The notes beneath the pieces are model-generated. The model made no database searches. It saw nothing but the letters and a program-made list of their open reading frames with translations, and was not told the origin of the DNA. Below, in pieces: positions 8,149-16,678 of a DNA stretch of 20,564 bases. Numbering within the stretch: the first letter of the stretch is position 1; each line of letters opens with the position of its first letter. The position numbers and the translations under genes were made by a program. The stretch comes from Promethearchaeia archaeon (GTDB lineage: Archaea > Asgardarchaeota > Lokiarchaeia > Sigyniarchaeales > SOKP01): NCBI GenBank assembly GCA_029856155.1, contig JAHQWL010000078.1:1-20564 (forward strand). The letters are read 5' to 3'.

Positions 8149-9537
8149 ATGAACTCAAACAAGAAAAAATTAATTATTATAGGACTAGATTGCGCTGCAC
8201 CTAAAACTTTGTTCGAAGATTTCCTAGATGATTGTCCTAATATAAAAAAGATGATAGAGCACGGAGCTTATGGAAAATTGAGGTCCTGTGATCCGCCAAT
8301 TACTATCCCGGCTTGGATGGTTATGTCAACTGGTAAGAACGCGGGAACATTAGGTTTATATGGATTTAGGAATAGAAAAGAGAATTTATATGATGATTTT
8401 TGGATTGCATCATCCTACAATGTCAAAGAACCGAAAGTCTGGGATATAATAGCGGAGAAAGGTTTAAAATCTTGTATCTTAGGCTTACCTCCAACATATC
8501 CTGTTCAACCATTAAATGGTTATCTTGTCTCTGGGTTCATTACACCTGATATAACCTCAAATTATACATATCCTCCAGAATTAAAAGAAGAAATTAAAGA
8601 ACATATTGGAAAGTACATTCTAGATGTCAATTTCAGAGTGGATGATAAAACAATTTTATTGAATGAAATTTATGATATGACAAAAGTTCAATTTAAAACA
8701 GTTAAATATTTGATGCAAACTAAGGACTGGGATTATTTTAAATTTGTAATTATTGGATTAGATAGATTTCACCACGCATTTTGGAAATACTATGATAAAA
8801 CCCACAATAAATATGAAAAAGGTAATAAATTTGAAGGAGAAATGAGAAAATATTACCAATATTTAGATCAAGAAGTTGGAGAAATCTTAGATATTGTTGG
8901 TGAACATACAATTACAATGGTTGTATCAGATCATGGCGCTAAGGCAATGAAAGGTTTAGTGTGCGTTAATATGGCTCTTGAAAAGCTTGGATTACTAAAA
9001 TTTAAAACTAAACCAAAACCAGGAACAAGATTAGCAAATGCTGATATTGATTGGAATAATACTTATGCGTGGGGCTGGGGAGGTTATTATGCAAGAATTT
9101 TTCTAAATGTTGAAGGTAGAGAACCTCATGGAATTATTAAAGCTAAAGATTATGAAAAAACCAGAGATAACATCATAAAAAAACTGAAATCAATAAAAGA
9201 TAATAATGGCAATCCAATGAATACAATTGTTTATAAACCTGAAGAATTGTTTGAGGTTATAAATGGAAATCCACCAGATCTAATGGTTTATTTTGACAAC
9301 TTAAATTGGAGATCCGCTGGAACAGTAGGATATGATTCAATGTATTTAGATGAAAACGATACTGGACCAGATGATGCAGTTCATGATTGGTTTGGTGTTT
9401 ATGTTTTATATGACCCAATGAAAAAGTTGGGAAAAAATTTAGGAACAAAAAGTATACTTGACATTGCTCCAACATCCCTAAAAATTTTAGGATTTAAAAT
9501 TCCTAAAGATATGGAAGGTAATGTTATAAATTTTTAA
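8149..9537 (+). CDS. Alkaline-phosphatase superfamily protein (type I phosphodiesterase/nucleotide pyrophosphatase-like), no signal peptide
   Basis: Metal ligands GLD(14), LDRFHH, SDHG and DDAVH. Thr nucleophile in PPIT(52)IPAW. C-terminal ILDIAPT...DMEG. No CxPxR formylglycine motif. Confidence 0.88.
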   Translation: MNSNKKKLIIIGLDCAAPKTLFEDFLDDCPNIKKMIEHGAYGKLRSCDPPITIPAWMVMSTGKNAGTLGLYGFRNRKENLYDDFWIASSYNVKEPKVWDIIAEKGLKSCILGLPPTYPVQPLNGYLVSGFITPDITSNYTYPPELKEEIKEHIGKYILDVNFRVDDKTILLNEIYDMTKVQFKTVKYLMQTKDWDYFKFVIIGLDRFHHAFWKYYDKTHNKYEKGNKFEGEMRKYYQYLDQEVGEILDIVGEHTITMVVSDHGAKAMKGLVCVNMALEKLGLLKFKTKPKPGTRLANADIDWNNTYAWGWGGYYARIFLNVEGREPHGIIKAKDYEKTRDNIIKKLKSIKDNNGNPMNTIVYKPEELFEVINGNPPDLMVYFDNLNWRSAGTVGYDSMYLDENDTGPDDAVHDWFGVYVLYDPMKKLGKNLGTKSILDIAPTSLKILGFKIPKDMEGNVINF

Positions 9538-9555
9538 AAAAAAAAGAGAAGAAAA

Positions 9556-10089
9556 ATGGAACATAAAGGTTTTACAGTATGGTTTACTGGACTTCCTTGT
9601 TCAGGGAAAACAGTACTTGCAAATGCCGTTGCTGAAGATTTAAAGGCGAGAGGAATGAAAGTAGAAAGACTTGATGGAGATATAGTTAGAAAAAGTCTCA
9701 CAAGGGATTTAGGTTTTTCAGAAGAAGACAGAAACATGAATATTGAGAGAGTGACTTTTGTTGCTAAGCTTTTAACTCGTAATGGAGTTGCAGTTCTAGC
9801 TTCTTTTGTATCCCCATATAATAAAATCCGAGCATATTCCCGGAATGAAATTGGAGAATATATTCTTGTCTATGTGAAGTGTTCTCTTGAAGAATGCGAA
9901 AACCGAGATATAAAAGGAATGTATGCAAAAGCTCGAGCAGGAGAAATAAAAGATTTTACCGGAATCGACCATCCTTTCGAGGAACCTGATAATGCAGATA
10001 TCCTAGTTGAAACAGATAAACAAACTATTGAAGAAAGTAAAAATATTATATTGAATGCGTTAAATGATATGGGTTATTTATCACATTAA
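9556..10089 (+). CDS. cysC: Adenylyl-sulfate (APS) kinase
   Basis: WFTGLPCSGKT P-loop, LDGDIVR, DLGFSEEDR, NIERV, SFVSPY, RDIKGMY, FTGIDHPFEEP. Confidence 0.97.
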   Translation: MEHKGFTVWFTGLPCSGKTVLANAVAEDLKARGMKVERLDGDIVRKSLTRDLGFSEEDRNMNIERVTFVAKLLTRNGVAVLASFVSPYNKIRAYSRNEIGEYILVYVKCSLEECENRDIKGMYAKARAGEIKDFTGIDHPFEEPDNADILVETDKQTIEESKNIILNALNDMGYLSH

Positions 10090-10116
10090 TTTACAAATAG
10101 AAATCTAACCTAAAAA

Positions 10117-11040
10117 CTAAAAAATTTTTTTTATTTGTTCTATAATTGTTTCTACATTCAACCCATAAGAATTTAATAATTCTTTTCTTTTTCCAGATTC
10201 ACCAAAAGAATTATTTATTCCAACGAATTTTATAATTTTTGGATTATTTTCAGATATAATTCGAGCGATTATGCTTCCAAATCCACAGTAAATATTATGT
10301 TCTTCTATTACAACAACTCCTTTAACAGATTTTATCTCTTTTAATAGAGATTTTTTATCAATTGGTTTAATAGTTGGAAAGTTAATTACTTTAATCGAAA
10401 TTTTTATTTGTTCTTCGATTAAATTAGCAGATTTTAATGCTAATGTACTTCCATATCCAGTTCCAATTAAGCATATATCATTTCCATCTTTTATGATATC
10501 AGGCTTTCCTATTGAAAATTTATACTTATCTTCATGAATTTTAGGGAAAGACCCTCTTGGTAATCTGACATAAAAGGGACCTTCAGTATTGAAGGTGTAA
10601 TTTAGAATTTCATTTAATTCAACATTATCAGAAGGTATCAATATATTTAAATTCGGGAGTGCCGCCATTAGACTTAAATCTTCTAAGGAATTATGTGTAC
10701 TCCCATCTTCTCCTACCAAACCTCCATGTGTTGTTATGATCTTAAAATTTAAATTGTCATGAGCCGCAAATCTAATAAATTCCCATGCTCTACCTGTTGT
10801 AAATATCGAAAAACCACTCACTACTGGGATTTTTCCAGATATAGCAAAACCTAAAGCTGTTCCTAACATATTTTGTTCCGCAATTCCCATATTAAAAAAG
10901 CGATTAGGATAAGCTTTAGCGAATTTAAAGGTTCTTGTAGAGGATGATAAATCGGCGTCTAAAACAACAATCTCCTTATTTTTCTTTCCAATTTCAACTA
11001 AATAATTCCCAAAAGTATCTCTAAGAGTTGGTTCAGACAT
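10117..11040 (-). CDS. Transketolase, C-terminal subunit
   Basis: VLDADLSSST, FFNMGIAEQNM, GEDGSTH, GPFYVRL, IEEHN, FGESG. Confidence 0.93.
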   Translation of the reverse strand: MSEPTLRDTFGNYLVEIGKKNKEIVVLDADLSSSTRTFKFAKAYPNRFFNMGIAEQNMLGTALGFAISGKIPVVSGFSIFTTGRAWEFIRFAAHDNLNFKIITTHGGLVGEDGSTHNSLEDLSLMAALPNLNILIPSDNVELNEILNYTFNTEGPFYVRLPRGSFPKIHEDKYKFSIGKPDIIKDGNDICLIGTGYGSTLALKSANLIEEQIKISIKVINFPTIKPIDKKSLLKEIKSVKGVVVIEEHNIYCGFGSIIARIISENNPKIIKFVGINNSFGESGKRKELLNSYGLNVETIIEQIKKIF

Positions 11041-11041
11041 T

Positions 11042-11899
11042 TTATTTATCGCCTTTTATCAATTTTGTTTTAATATCATCCAATTCTTTAAGAGCTGCAT
11101 TATATTCTGTTTCATTTGGGGCTCTACCATGGAATTCTTTAGTATGTTGCATAAATGAAATATCAGATCCTTTAATTAGATAGGATATAATGACTTTAGG
11201 TCTGCCAATTATTGTTTTAGATCTTTCAAACCCTCGTAGCATATCTGTTAGATTTGAACCATCCAATTCTATAACCTCCCAACCAAATGCTTTCCATTTT
11301 TCTGCTAATGGTTCTAAAGCCATTACTTCTTCAGTTGAACCATCTATCTGTATCCCGTTACGGTCGACAATTGCTATTAAATTGTCCAATTTATAATGAT
11401 TAGCGGACATCGCTGCCTCCCAGATAGCCCCTTCATTTAATTCTCCATCACCTAATAGGACAAAAATTGATTTATCTGTATTATCTAATTTAGCGGCTAA
11501 AGCACACCCAACTCCAATAGATAATCCCATACCTAAAGATCCAGTTGATATTTCTATTCCAAATTTTGAATTTTTAACCGGATGTCCTTGTAATTTCGAG
11601 CCATATTGTCTTAATGTGAATAATTCATCTCTTTTTATAAAACCAAATCTGGATAATACAGCATAAAGTGCAGGAGCTGCGTGTCCTTTGCTTAAAATAA
11701 ATACATCTCTTTGTTTCCATGAAGGGTCTTCGGGATTTATTCTCATAATCTTGTTATAAAGAAGATAAATTATATTAGCACATGATAGAGAACCACCTGG
11801 ATGACCTGATTGAGCTTCATATATCATTTTTAATATATCTTTTTTAATATCCAGTATCTCAGTTAAGATTGACTGTTCATCAGCTTTAGATAATTCCAT
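11042..11899 (-). CDS. Transketolase, N-terminal (TPP-binding) subunit
   Basis: SGHPGGSLS, RDVFILSKGHAAPALY, LQGHP, STGSLGMG, TPP motif GDGELNEGAIWEA...DRN, FHG. Confidence 0.95.
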   Translation of the reverse strand: MELSKADEQSILTEILDIKKDILKMIYEAQSGHPGGSLSCANIIYLLYNKIMRINPEDPSWKQRDVFILSKGHAAPALYAVLSRFGFIKRDELFTLRQYGSKLQGHPVKNSKFGIEISTGSLGMGLSIGVGCALAAKLDNTDKSIFVLLGDGELNEGAIWEAAMSANHYKLDNLIAIVDRNGIQIDGSTEEVMALEPLAEKWKAFGWEVIELDGSNLTDMLRGFERSKTIIGRPKVIISYLIKGSDISFMQHTKEFHGRAPNETEYNAALKELDDIKTKLIKGDK

Positions 11900-11920
11900 T
11901 CTAATACCATAATGAGTAAA

Positions 11921-12919
11921 TTATTTATTGTTCATTTTAGTTAACATAAAATTATGAAGCTTTTCAGGTTTATAGAAGTCAATGGGAGGAAGAGTCGCTG
12001 TGAGTGCAGCAGCATAAAGTGCAATTCTTACACTATCTGAAACCGAAATTCCAGAAGCAAATGATAACCCTAAAACTGCCATAATAACACTTCCAACGGC
12101 TACATAACTTCTAACTGGTTGTTGTAAAATAGAAGTATACTTTTCTACTTTTTCGATTTCACTTGAAAATAAAAAAGATTCTGTTTCTAAATAATTCAGT
12201 AGGACATTCTTACATTTGGATGAGTTCAAAATCCTTTTTCCTGCAATAATAATGCTTGTTTCATTGCAACAATCGATAGAAAATGTGTCCAATGCTTTCT
12301 GAAGATTCATTCTAATCAAATCCACATTCTCATAGAGAAAATAATTGGATTTTGTAGGACGAGCAATAATAGGTAGGTTCTTATATTTTTGTTTTAAAAA
12401 GCGTAATAATTTCTGGATAAACGAATCCTCAAAAATTCCTTCTAAACCGTAATCTAAAATTAATATTGCCCCCAGATCTTGAGATCTGGTAGCTATAAGA
12501 TCATTAAATTTTTCTCTTATTTTTTGAGAAAAATCACCATTATAATCTGTTTCTAAACGTAAAAGATGTTGATTCATAGCTTTTATTCGAGTTATTTGAG
12601 GGGTTTTTATTTTTTCATCAACAAGAATGCCAGAAGGCTCTACTTTTAACTCTTTAATTCTGTTTAAAAAAAAATCGCCTTCGAAATCATTACCAATAAT
12701 GGTACAAATTTCGGGAATTCCCCCTAAAGATTGTATATATTGTAGTACTAGACCGATTGCGCCAATATAAACACTACTATTCTCTATTTTTACATTAGGG
12801 ACGGGTGCATCAGGAGAGATTCTATCAGTATATCCAATTATATACTTATCTACTAAAGCATCACCAATGACTAACACTTTCTTATTATTCCATTTGGAAA
12901 TCTCGTCAATAAGAGCCAT
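11921..12919 (-). CDS. RfaE/HldE domain-I (PfkB-family heptose-7-phosphate kinase) homologue with degenerate catalytic motifs
   Basis: VLVIGDALVDKY, RISPDAPVP, IGNDFEG, QHLLRLE and LDYG match the HldE kinase domain. The GGAANVA and DVTGAGD motifs are replaced by GAIGLVL and SYVAVGS. Confidence 0.8.
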   Translation of the reverse strand: MALIDEISKWNNKKVLVIGDALVDKYIIGYTDRISPDAPVPNVKIENSSVYIGAIGLVLQYIQSLGGIPEICTIIGNDFEGDFFLNRIKELKVEPSGILVDEKIKTPQITRIKAMNQHLLRLETDYNGDFSQKIREKFNDLIATRSQDLGAILILDYGLEGIFEDSFIQKLLRFLKQKYKNLPIIARPTKSNYFLYENVDLIRMNLQKALDTFSIDCCNETSIIIAGKRILNSSKCKNVLLNYLETESFLFSSEIEKVEKYTSILQQPVRSYVAVGSVIMAVLGLSFASGISVSDSVRIALYAAALTATLPPIDFYKPEKLHNFMLTKMNNK

Positions 12920-12929
12920 TTTTTTTTGA

Positions 12930-13586
12930 TTATTTTTTTAATTTACTTTGTAATTTTTCCCAATCTTTAAGAAAATCCTCTAATCCCTGATCTGTGTTTG
13001 GATGTTTGAACATTTTGTCAAGAACAGCAAAAGGAATAGTAGCAATATGAGCGCCTATTTTTGCAGACTCAATAACATGGCGCGTATTTCTCACAGAAGC
13101 AACAATTAGTTCAGATTTAAAATCGTATGAATTTAAGATATCCATACATTCCCAAAGAAAATCAATTTCATTCTGACCATTATCCATTAACCTTCCTATG
13201 AAAGGACTTATATAAGAAGCTCCAGCTTTTGCTGCTATTAAAACTTGATTTTGTGAAAAAACAAGAGTTACATTGGTTTTAATCCCTTCAGGTTCAAGAA
13301 TATTTACCGCTTTAATCCCATCCTTTGTAAATGGAATCTTGATTACTATATTGGAAGCGATTTTAGCTAATTCACGAGCTTCTTTAACCATTTCTTCTGT
13401 TGTTAATCCTATAACTTCTCCACTAACAGGGCCATCAACAATTTCACATATCTTTCTTAATTGTTCTGTAGGTTCAGCACCTTCTTTTGCCAAAAGCGTC
13501 GGATTTGTAGTAACACCATCAATAATCCCAAGCTCTTGCATTTCTTTTATTTGATCTAAATTAGCAGTATCTATAAAAAATTTCAT
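12930..13586 (-). CDS. tal: Transaldolase (short MipB/TalC type; fructose-6-phosphate aldolase family)
   Basis: [30 protein letters not shown] (Schiff-base Lys), [31 protein letters not shown]. The Glu in SGEV and Phe in SPFIGR favour transaldolase over FSA. Confidence 0.9.
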   Translation of the reverse strand: MKFFIDTANLDQIKEMQELGIIDGVTTNPTLLAKEGAEPTEQLRKICEIVDGPVSGEVIGLTTEEMVKEARELAKIASNIVIKIPFTKDGIKAVNILEPEGIKTNVTLVFSQNQVLIAAKAGASYISPFIGRLMDNGQNEIDFLWECMDILNSYDFKSELIVASVRNTRHVIESAKIGAHIATIPFAVLDKMFKHPNTDQGLEDFLKDWEKLQSKLKK

Positions 13587-13630
13587 TCCACTTCACGAGT
13601 ATAGTTTAGTGATTATAATATTAAGTTGTT

Positions 13631-14179
13631 TTATATATTTATAGCAAATTCTTTTAAGTTTTTAAATATCATGTCCGGTACTATAGTGCCTATCTTTTTT
13701 TGTTCCTCTTTTCCATATCCCGTTAAGACTAAAACAGTTTTACATCTTACTGCTCTACCTGTTTGAATATCATTCAATGTATCTCCAACCATATACGAGT
13801 TAGTTAAATCAATTTGATACTTCAATTGTGCTTGTAGAATCATTCCCGGATTTGGTTTCCTACAATCACATGAACCAGTGAATTCGGGATGGTGAGGACA
13901 ATAATATATATCATCTAATTTTATACTATTCTGCTTCAATATCTTTATCATCTTATAATGAATTGCCTTAAGAGTTTCTTCAGTAAAAAGACCTCTGGCT
14001 ATTCCTGCTTGATTGGTAATAATAATTAACAAGAATCCTTTTTGTTTAAGTAATTTTAAAGCTTCAATTGAACCCTTAATAAATTTAAAATCTTTCGGAT
14101 CTGAAAGATGGCTAACTTCTTTGTTTATTACACCATCTCTATCTAAAAAAATTGCTTTATTAATATCAGTTGGTTTCAT
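13631..14179 (-). CDS. gmhB: D-glycero-D-manno-heptose 1,7-bisphosphate phosphatase (HAD)
   Basis: FLDRDGVIN, ITNQAGIARG, YCPHHP, CDCRKPNPGM, MVGD. Overlaps the rpe 3' end by 14 bp. Confidence 0.93.
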   Translation of the reverse strand: MKPTDINKAIFLDRDGVINKEVSHLSDPKDFKFIKGSIEALKLLKQKGFLLIIITNQAGIARGLFTEETLKAIHYKMIKILKQNSIKLDDIYYCPHHPEFTGSCDCRKPNPGMILQAQLKYQIDLTNSYMVGDTLNDIQTGRAVRCKTVLVLTGYGKEEQKKIGTIVPDMIFKNLKEFAINI

Positions 14180-14801
14180 CAGATTCTTTAAGCAATTTAA
14201 TTATATTATTTGGATTTTTAGCTTTTAATATAGCACTTGAGCTAGTTAAAATATCTGTGTTCTTTAAGAGTTTTGCGTTTGAGGGATTAATTCCACCATC
14301 AACATCAATCATAAAATTATGTTTTTTTTTATATTCAGCCAATTTATTAATTTTTTTAATGGTTTTTGGTATGAAATTTTGACCCGACCAGCCGGGATTT
14401 ACGCTCATTATTAAGACAAGATCTATTGTTTCTAAATATGGTATAATTTCTGAAATGGCAGTATCTGGATTTATAGCAATACCAACTTTTTTATCCTTTT
14501 TTCTAATTTCTTGAATTATTTTATTTTTATTGCCATTTATTTCAAAATGAAACAAAAAGATATCAATAAAGTCAATTATCTTTTTAATATAATCAAATGG
14601 ATTTATTACCATTAAATGTGCAATTATAGGAGTTTTATATTTTTGTTTTAAGACTCTTAATACATTTAGATTATTGTTGGTATTATCTACAAATTTACCA
14701 TCCATGATATCTACATGAATGTAATCGAATCCTTCTAATTGCTCTAAAATTTCTGCTTTAAAGCTCTCAATAGCATGAACTGAAACAGCAATTTTTTTCA
14801 T
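14166..14801 (-). CDS. rpe: Ribulose-phosphate 3-epimerase
   Basis: HVDIMDGKFVDN, HLMV, GIAINPDT, LIMSVNPGWSGQNF, VDGGIN. Confidence 0.93.
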   Translation of the reverse strand: MKKIAVSVHAIESFKAEILEQLEGFDYIHVDIMDGKFVDNTNNNLNVLRVLKQKYKTPIIAHLMVINPFDYIKKIIDFIDIFLFHFEINGNKNKIIQEIRKKDKKVGIAINPDTAISEIIPYLETIDLVLIMSVNPGWSGQNFIPKTIKKINKLAEYKKKHNFMIDVDGGINPSNAKLLKNTDILTSSSAILKAKNPNNIIKLLKESDETN

Positions 14802-14811
14802 GAATTACCAG

Positions 14812-15378
14812 TTACCCAAAAAGTTCTTTTTCAACTAAATAACAGATAATATGTCCTACGGTTATATGTCCTTCTTGAATTCTTGGTGTATCAGAAGAAG
14901 GTATTTTTAAACAAAGATCCACAATTTCCTCGACTTTACTCGGCTTCTCTCCTGTAAAGCCGATTGTTACTGCGCCTTTTTCTTTTGCTTTAAGTAAACC
15001 TTTTATTACATTTGGAGAATTACCAGAGGTGCTAATTCCAATAGCTATGTCCCCTTCCTCCACAAATGAGGAAACTTGCCTTTCAAATACTAAATCATAT
15101 CCAAAATCGTTGGCTATTGCTGTAAGTACAGAAGTATTAGTGTGAAAAGCGAGAGAAGGAAGTGAGTCTCGATCTTTATAGAATTTTCCTACAAATTCAG
15201 CAGCTATATGTTGTGCATCAGCTGCGCTTCCACCATTACCGAAAAGAACAACTTTTTTCTTATTTTTATAGGCATTTATTATTTTCTTGGATATTTTTGC
15301 AATGATTGGAGTTAATTTCTTAATCCTTTCTTTAACTTTAATACTTTCATCTAAAATTGTAATTATTTCGCTTTCCAT
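14812..15378 (-). CDS. gmhA: D-sedoheptulose 7-phosphate isomerase
   Basis: GNGGSAADAQHIAAEF, TAIANDFGY, GISTSGNSPNV, TPRIQEGH. Confidence 0.96.
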   Translation of the reverse strand: MESEIITILDESIKVKERIKKLTPIIAKISKKIINAYKNKKKVVLFGNGGSAADAQHIAAEFVGKFYKDRDSLPSLAFHTNTSVLTAIANDFGYDLVFERQVSSFVEEGDIAIGISTSGNSPNVIKGLLKAKEKGAVTIGFTGEKPSKVEEIVDLCLKIPSSDTPRIQEGHITVGHIICYLVEKELFG

Positions 15379-15410
15379 TTTATTATCTCTTTAATCATAC
15401 ATTTTTAAAT

Positions 15411-16421
15411 TTACTTAATTTCCCATACTTCAAGACCCTTTGGATTAAAATGAAAATTAACAATTTTTCCTCCTATTTTTTCTAACTCTTGCATTACTTT
15501 AGGTTTCTGATTTGGTTTTGAAAATAATAACAGATGGCCTCCACCTCCAGCACCCAACAATTTTCCTCCGAGAACTCCAAGTTTTCTTGAAGTTAAGTAG
15601 AATTTTTCTATATTTTTATTTGATATTTTATCACTTAAACTCTTCTTAGCTAACCAGCCTTTATGTAAAAGTTCTCCAAATTCATTCAATCTATTTAAAT
15701 TGTTAGCTTCTACGATATTTCTCATAGAATGAGCTACATCTTTGAGATCTTGCATCGATTCAATATAAGACTTTTTCTCAATTTCATACCCTTGTAGTAC
15801 TTCATCTTGTATATCAGAAGAAAAATGAGAACCCCCTACATAACATAAAATTAACCTAAATTGGAGCTCATTGATCATATCTTCTGTCACCTTTACAGGA
15901 ATTACATTTATGTCTTTAGTAAATTCTATAAAATTGAAACCCCCATAAGCGGCCGCAAATTGATCTTGATATCCTCCTTTCTGGTCTAATTCAATACGTT
16001 CAATAATATATGCTTTTTGTGCTATATCGTGTCTGGACAATTCTAAATTCAAATATTTATTAAAGGCTCCTATTAATGCTACTGATAAAGAAGATGATCC
16101 TCCCATTCCAGAACCCGCGGGAAGTTCTGAATATACTATGATATCGAAACCCTCTTTTATTTCTAAGACATTAATAACTCCCTTGAATAAGTCAAATTCG
16201 GTAGAATAATTTTTGTCTCCAATTTCAAATTGATATTCTTTATTGAGATTAATTGAAAAAATATGTATATTTTTATCGTGTCTTGGTTTTAAAGTTATAT
16301 AAATGTGACGATCAATAGTCGTGTTTATTACACAGCCACCATGTTCAATACAATATGGTGCCATATCTGTGCCTCCTCCACCAAAGCTCACTCGAAATGG
16401 TGCCTTTGAACGAATTATCAT
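15411..16421 (-). CDS. hddA: D-glycero-alpha-D-manno-heptose 7-phosphate kinase (GHMP family)
   Basis: IRSKAPFRVSFGGGGTD, LPAGSGMGGSS, GGYQDQFAAAYGGFNFIEF, GKLLGAGGGG. ATG at 16421 is preferred; alternative GTG at 16430. Confidence 0.92.
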   Translation of the reverse strand: MIIRSKAPFRVSFGGGGTDMAPYCIEHGGCVINTTIDRHIYITLKPRHDKNIHIFSINLNKEYQFEIGDKNYSTEFDLFKGVINVLEIKEGFDIIVYSELPAGSGMGGSSSLSVALIGAFNKYLNLELSRHDIAQKAYIIERIELDQKGGYQDQFAAAYGGFNFIEFTKDINVIPVKVTEDMINELQFRLILCYVGGSHFSSDIQDEVLQGYEIEKKSYIESMQDLKDVAHSMRNIVEANNLNRLNEFGELLHKGWLAKKSLSDKISNKNIEKFYLTSRKLGVLGGKLLGAGGGGHLLLFSKPNQKPKVMQELEKIGGKIVNFHFNPKGLEVWEIK

Positions 16422-16580
16422 ATAAATCACTGTTATTGGAAATATACTATAATATCAAATTTGTTCATGTTAAATCATTAAAAAATTTGATTACATATTC
16501 TAATAAAAAATCAATAAAGTAATTCATTTTTATTGGTTTATCATATTCTTTAATTTACATAATAACTTATGAATTATGAG

Positions 16581-16600
16581 TATTTTTAATTTCCCTTCAT
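16581..16600. repeat. Left copy of a 20-bp imperfect inverted repeat flanking tnpB
   Basis: TATTTTTAATTTCCCTTCAT. Its reverse complement ATGAAGGGAAATTAAAAATA matches 17903-17922 at 18/20. Confidence 0.7.
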
Positions 16601-16678
16601 TTTTAATCTTCTTTTATAAAATATAAATCTTCAGTCTCTTTTCTTTTAAATCTGATACTCTACTTAAATATTATTGGA

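Noticed and set aside
8149-9537. Calling the AlkP protein a classical sulfatase
   Set aside because: It lacks the C/SxPxR formylglycine motif and has an NPP-type Thr nucleophile.
9257-9737. Antisense ORFs 9257-9475 and 9534-9737
   Set aside because: Shadows of the AlkP gene and cysC.
12666-14330. 9-nt homopolymers inside the rfaE-like gene (12666-12674) and rpe (14322-14330) as phase-variation tracts
   Set aside because: A/T runs of 8-10 nt are frequent throughout this AT-rich window and all frames are intact.
11190-14382. Plus-strand ORFs 11190-11396, 13273-13554, 14013-14228 and 14170-14382
   Set aside because: Antisense shadows of transketolase, tal, gmhB and rpe.
16601-16678. IS200/IS605 left-end hairpin upstream of tnpB
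   Set aside because: No convincing stem-loop was found by eye, so the left end cannot be placed this way.
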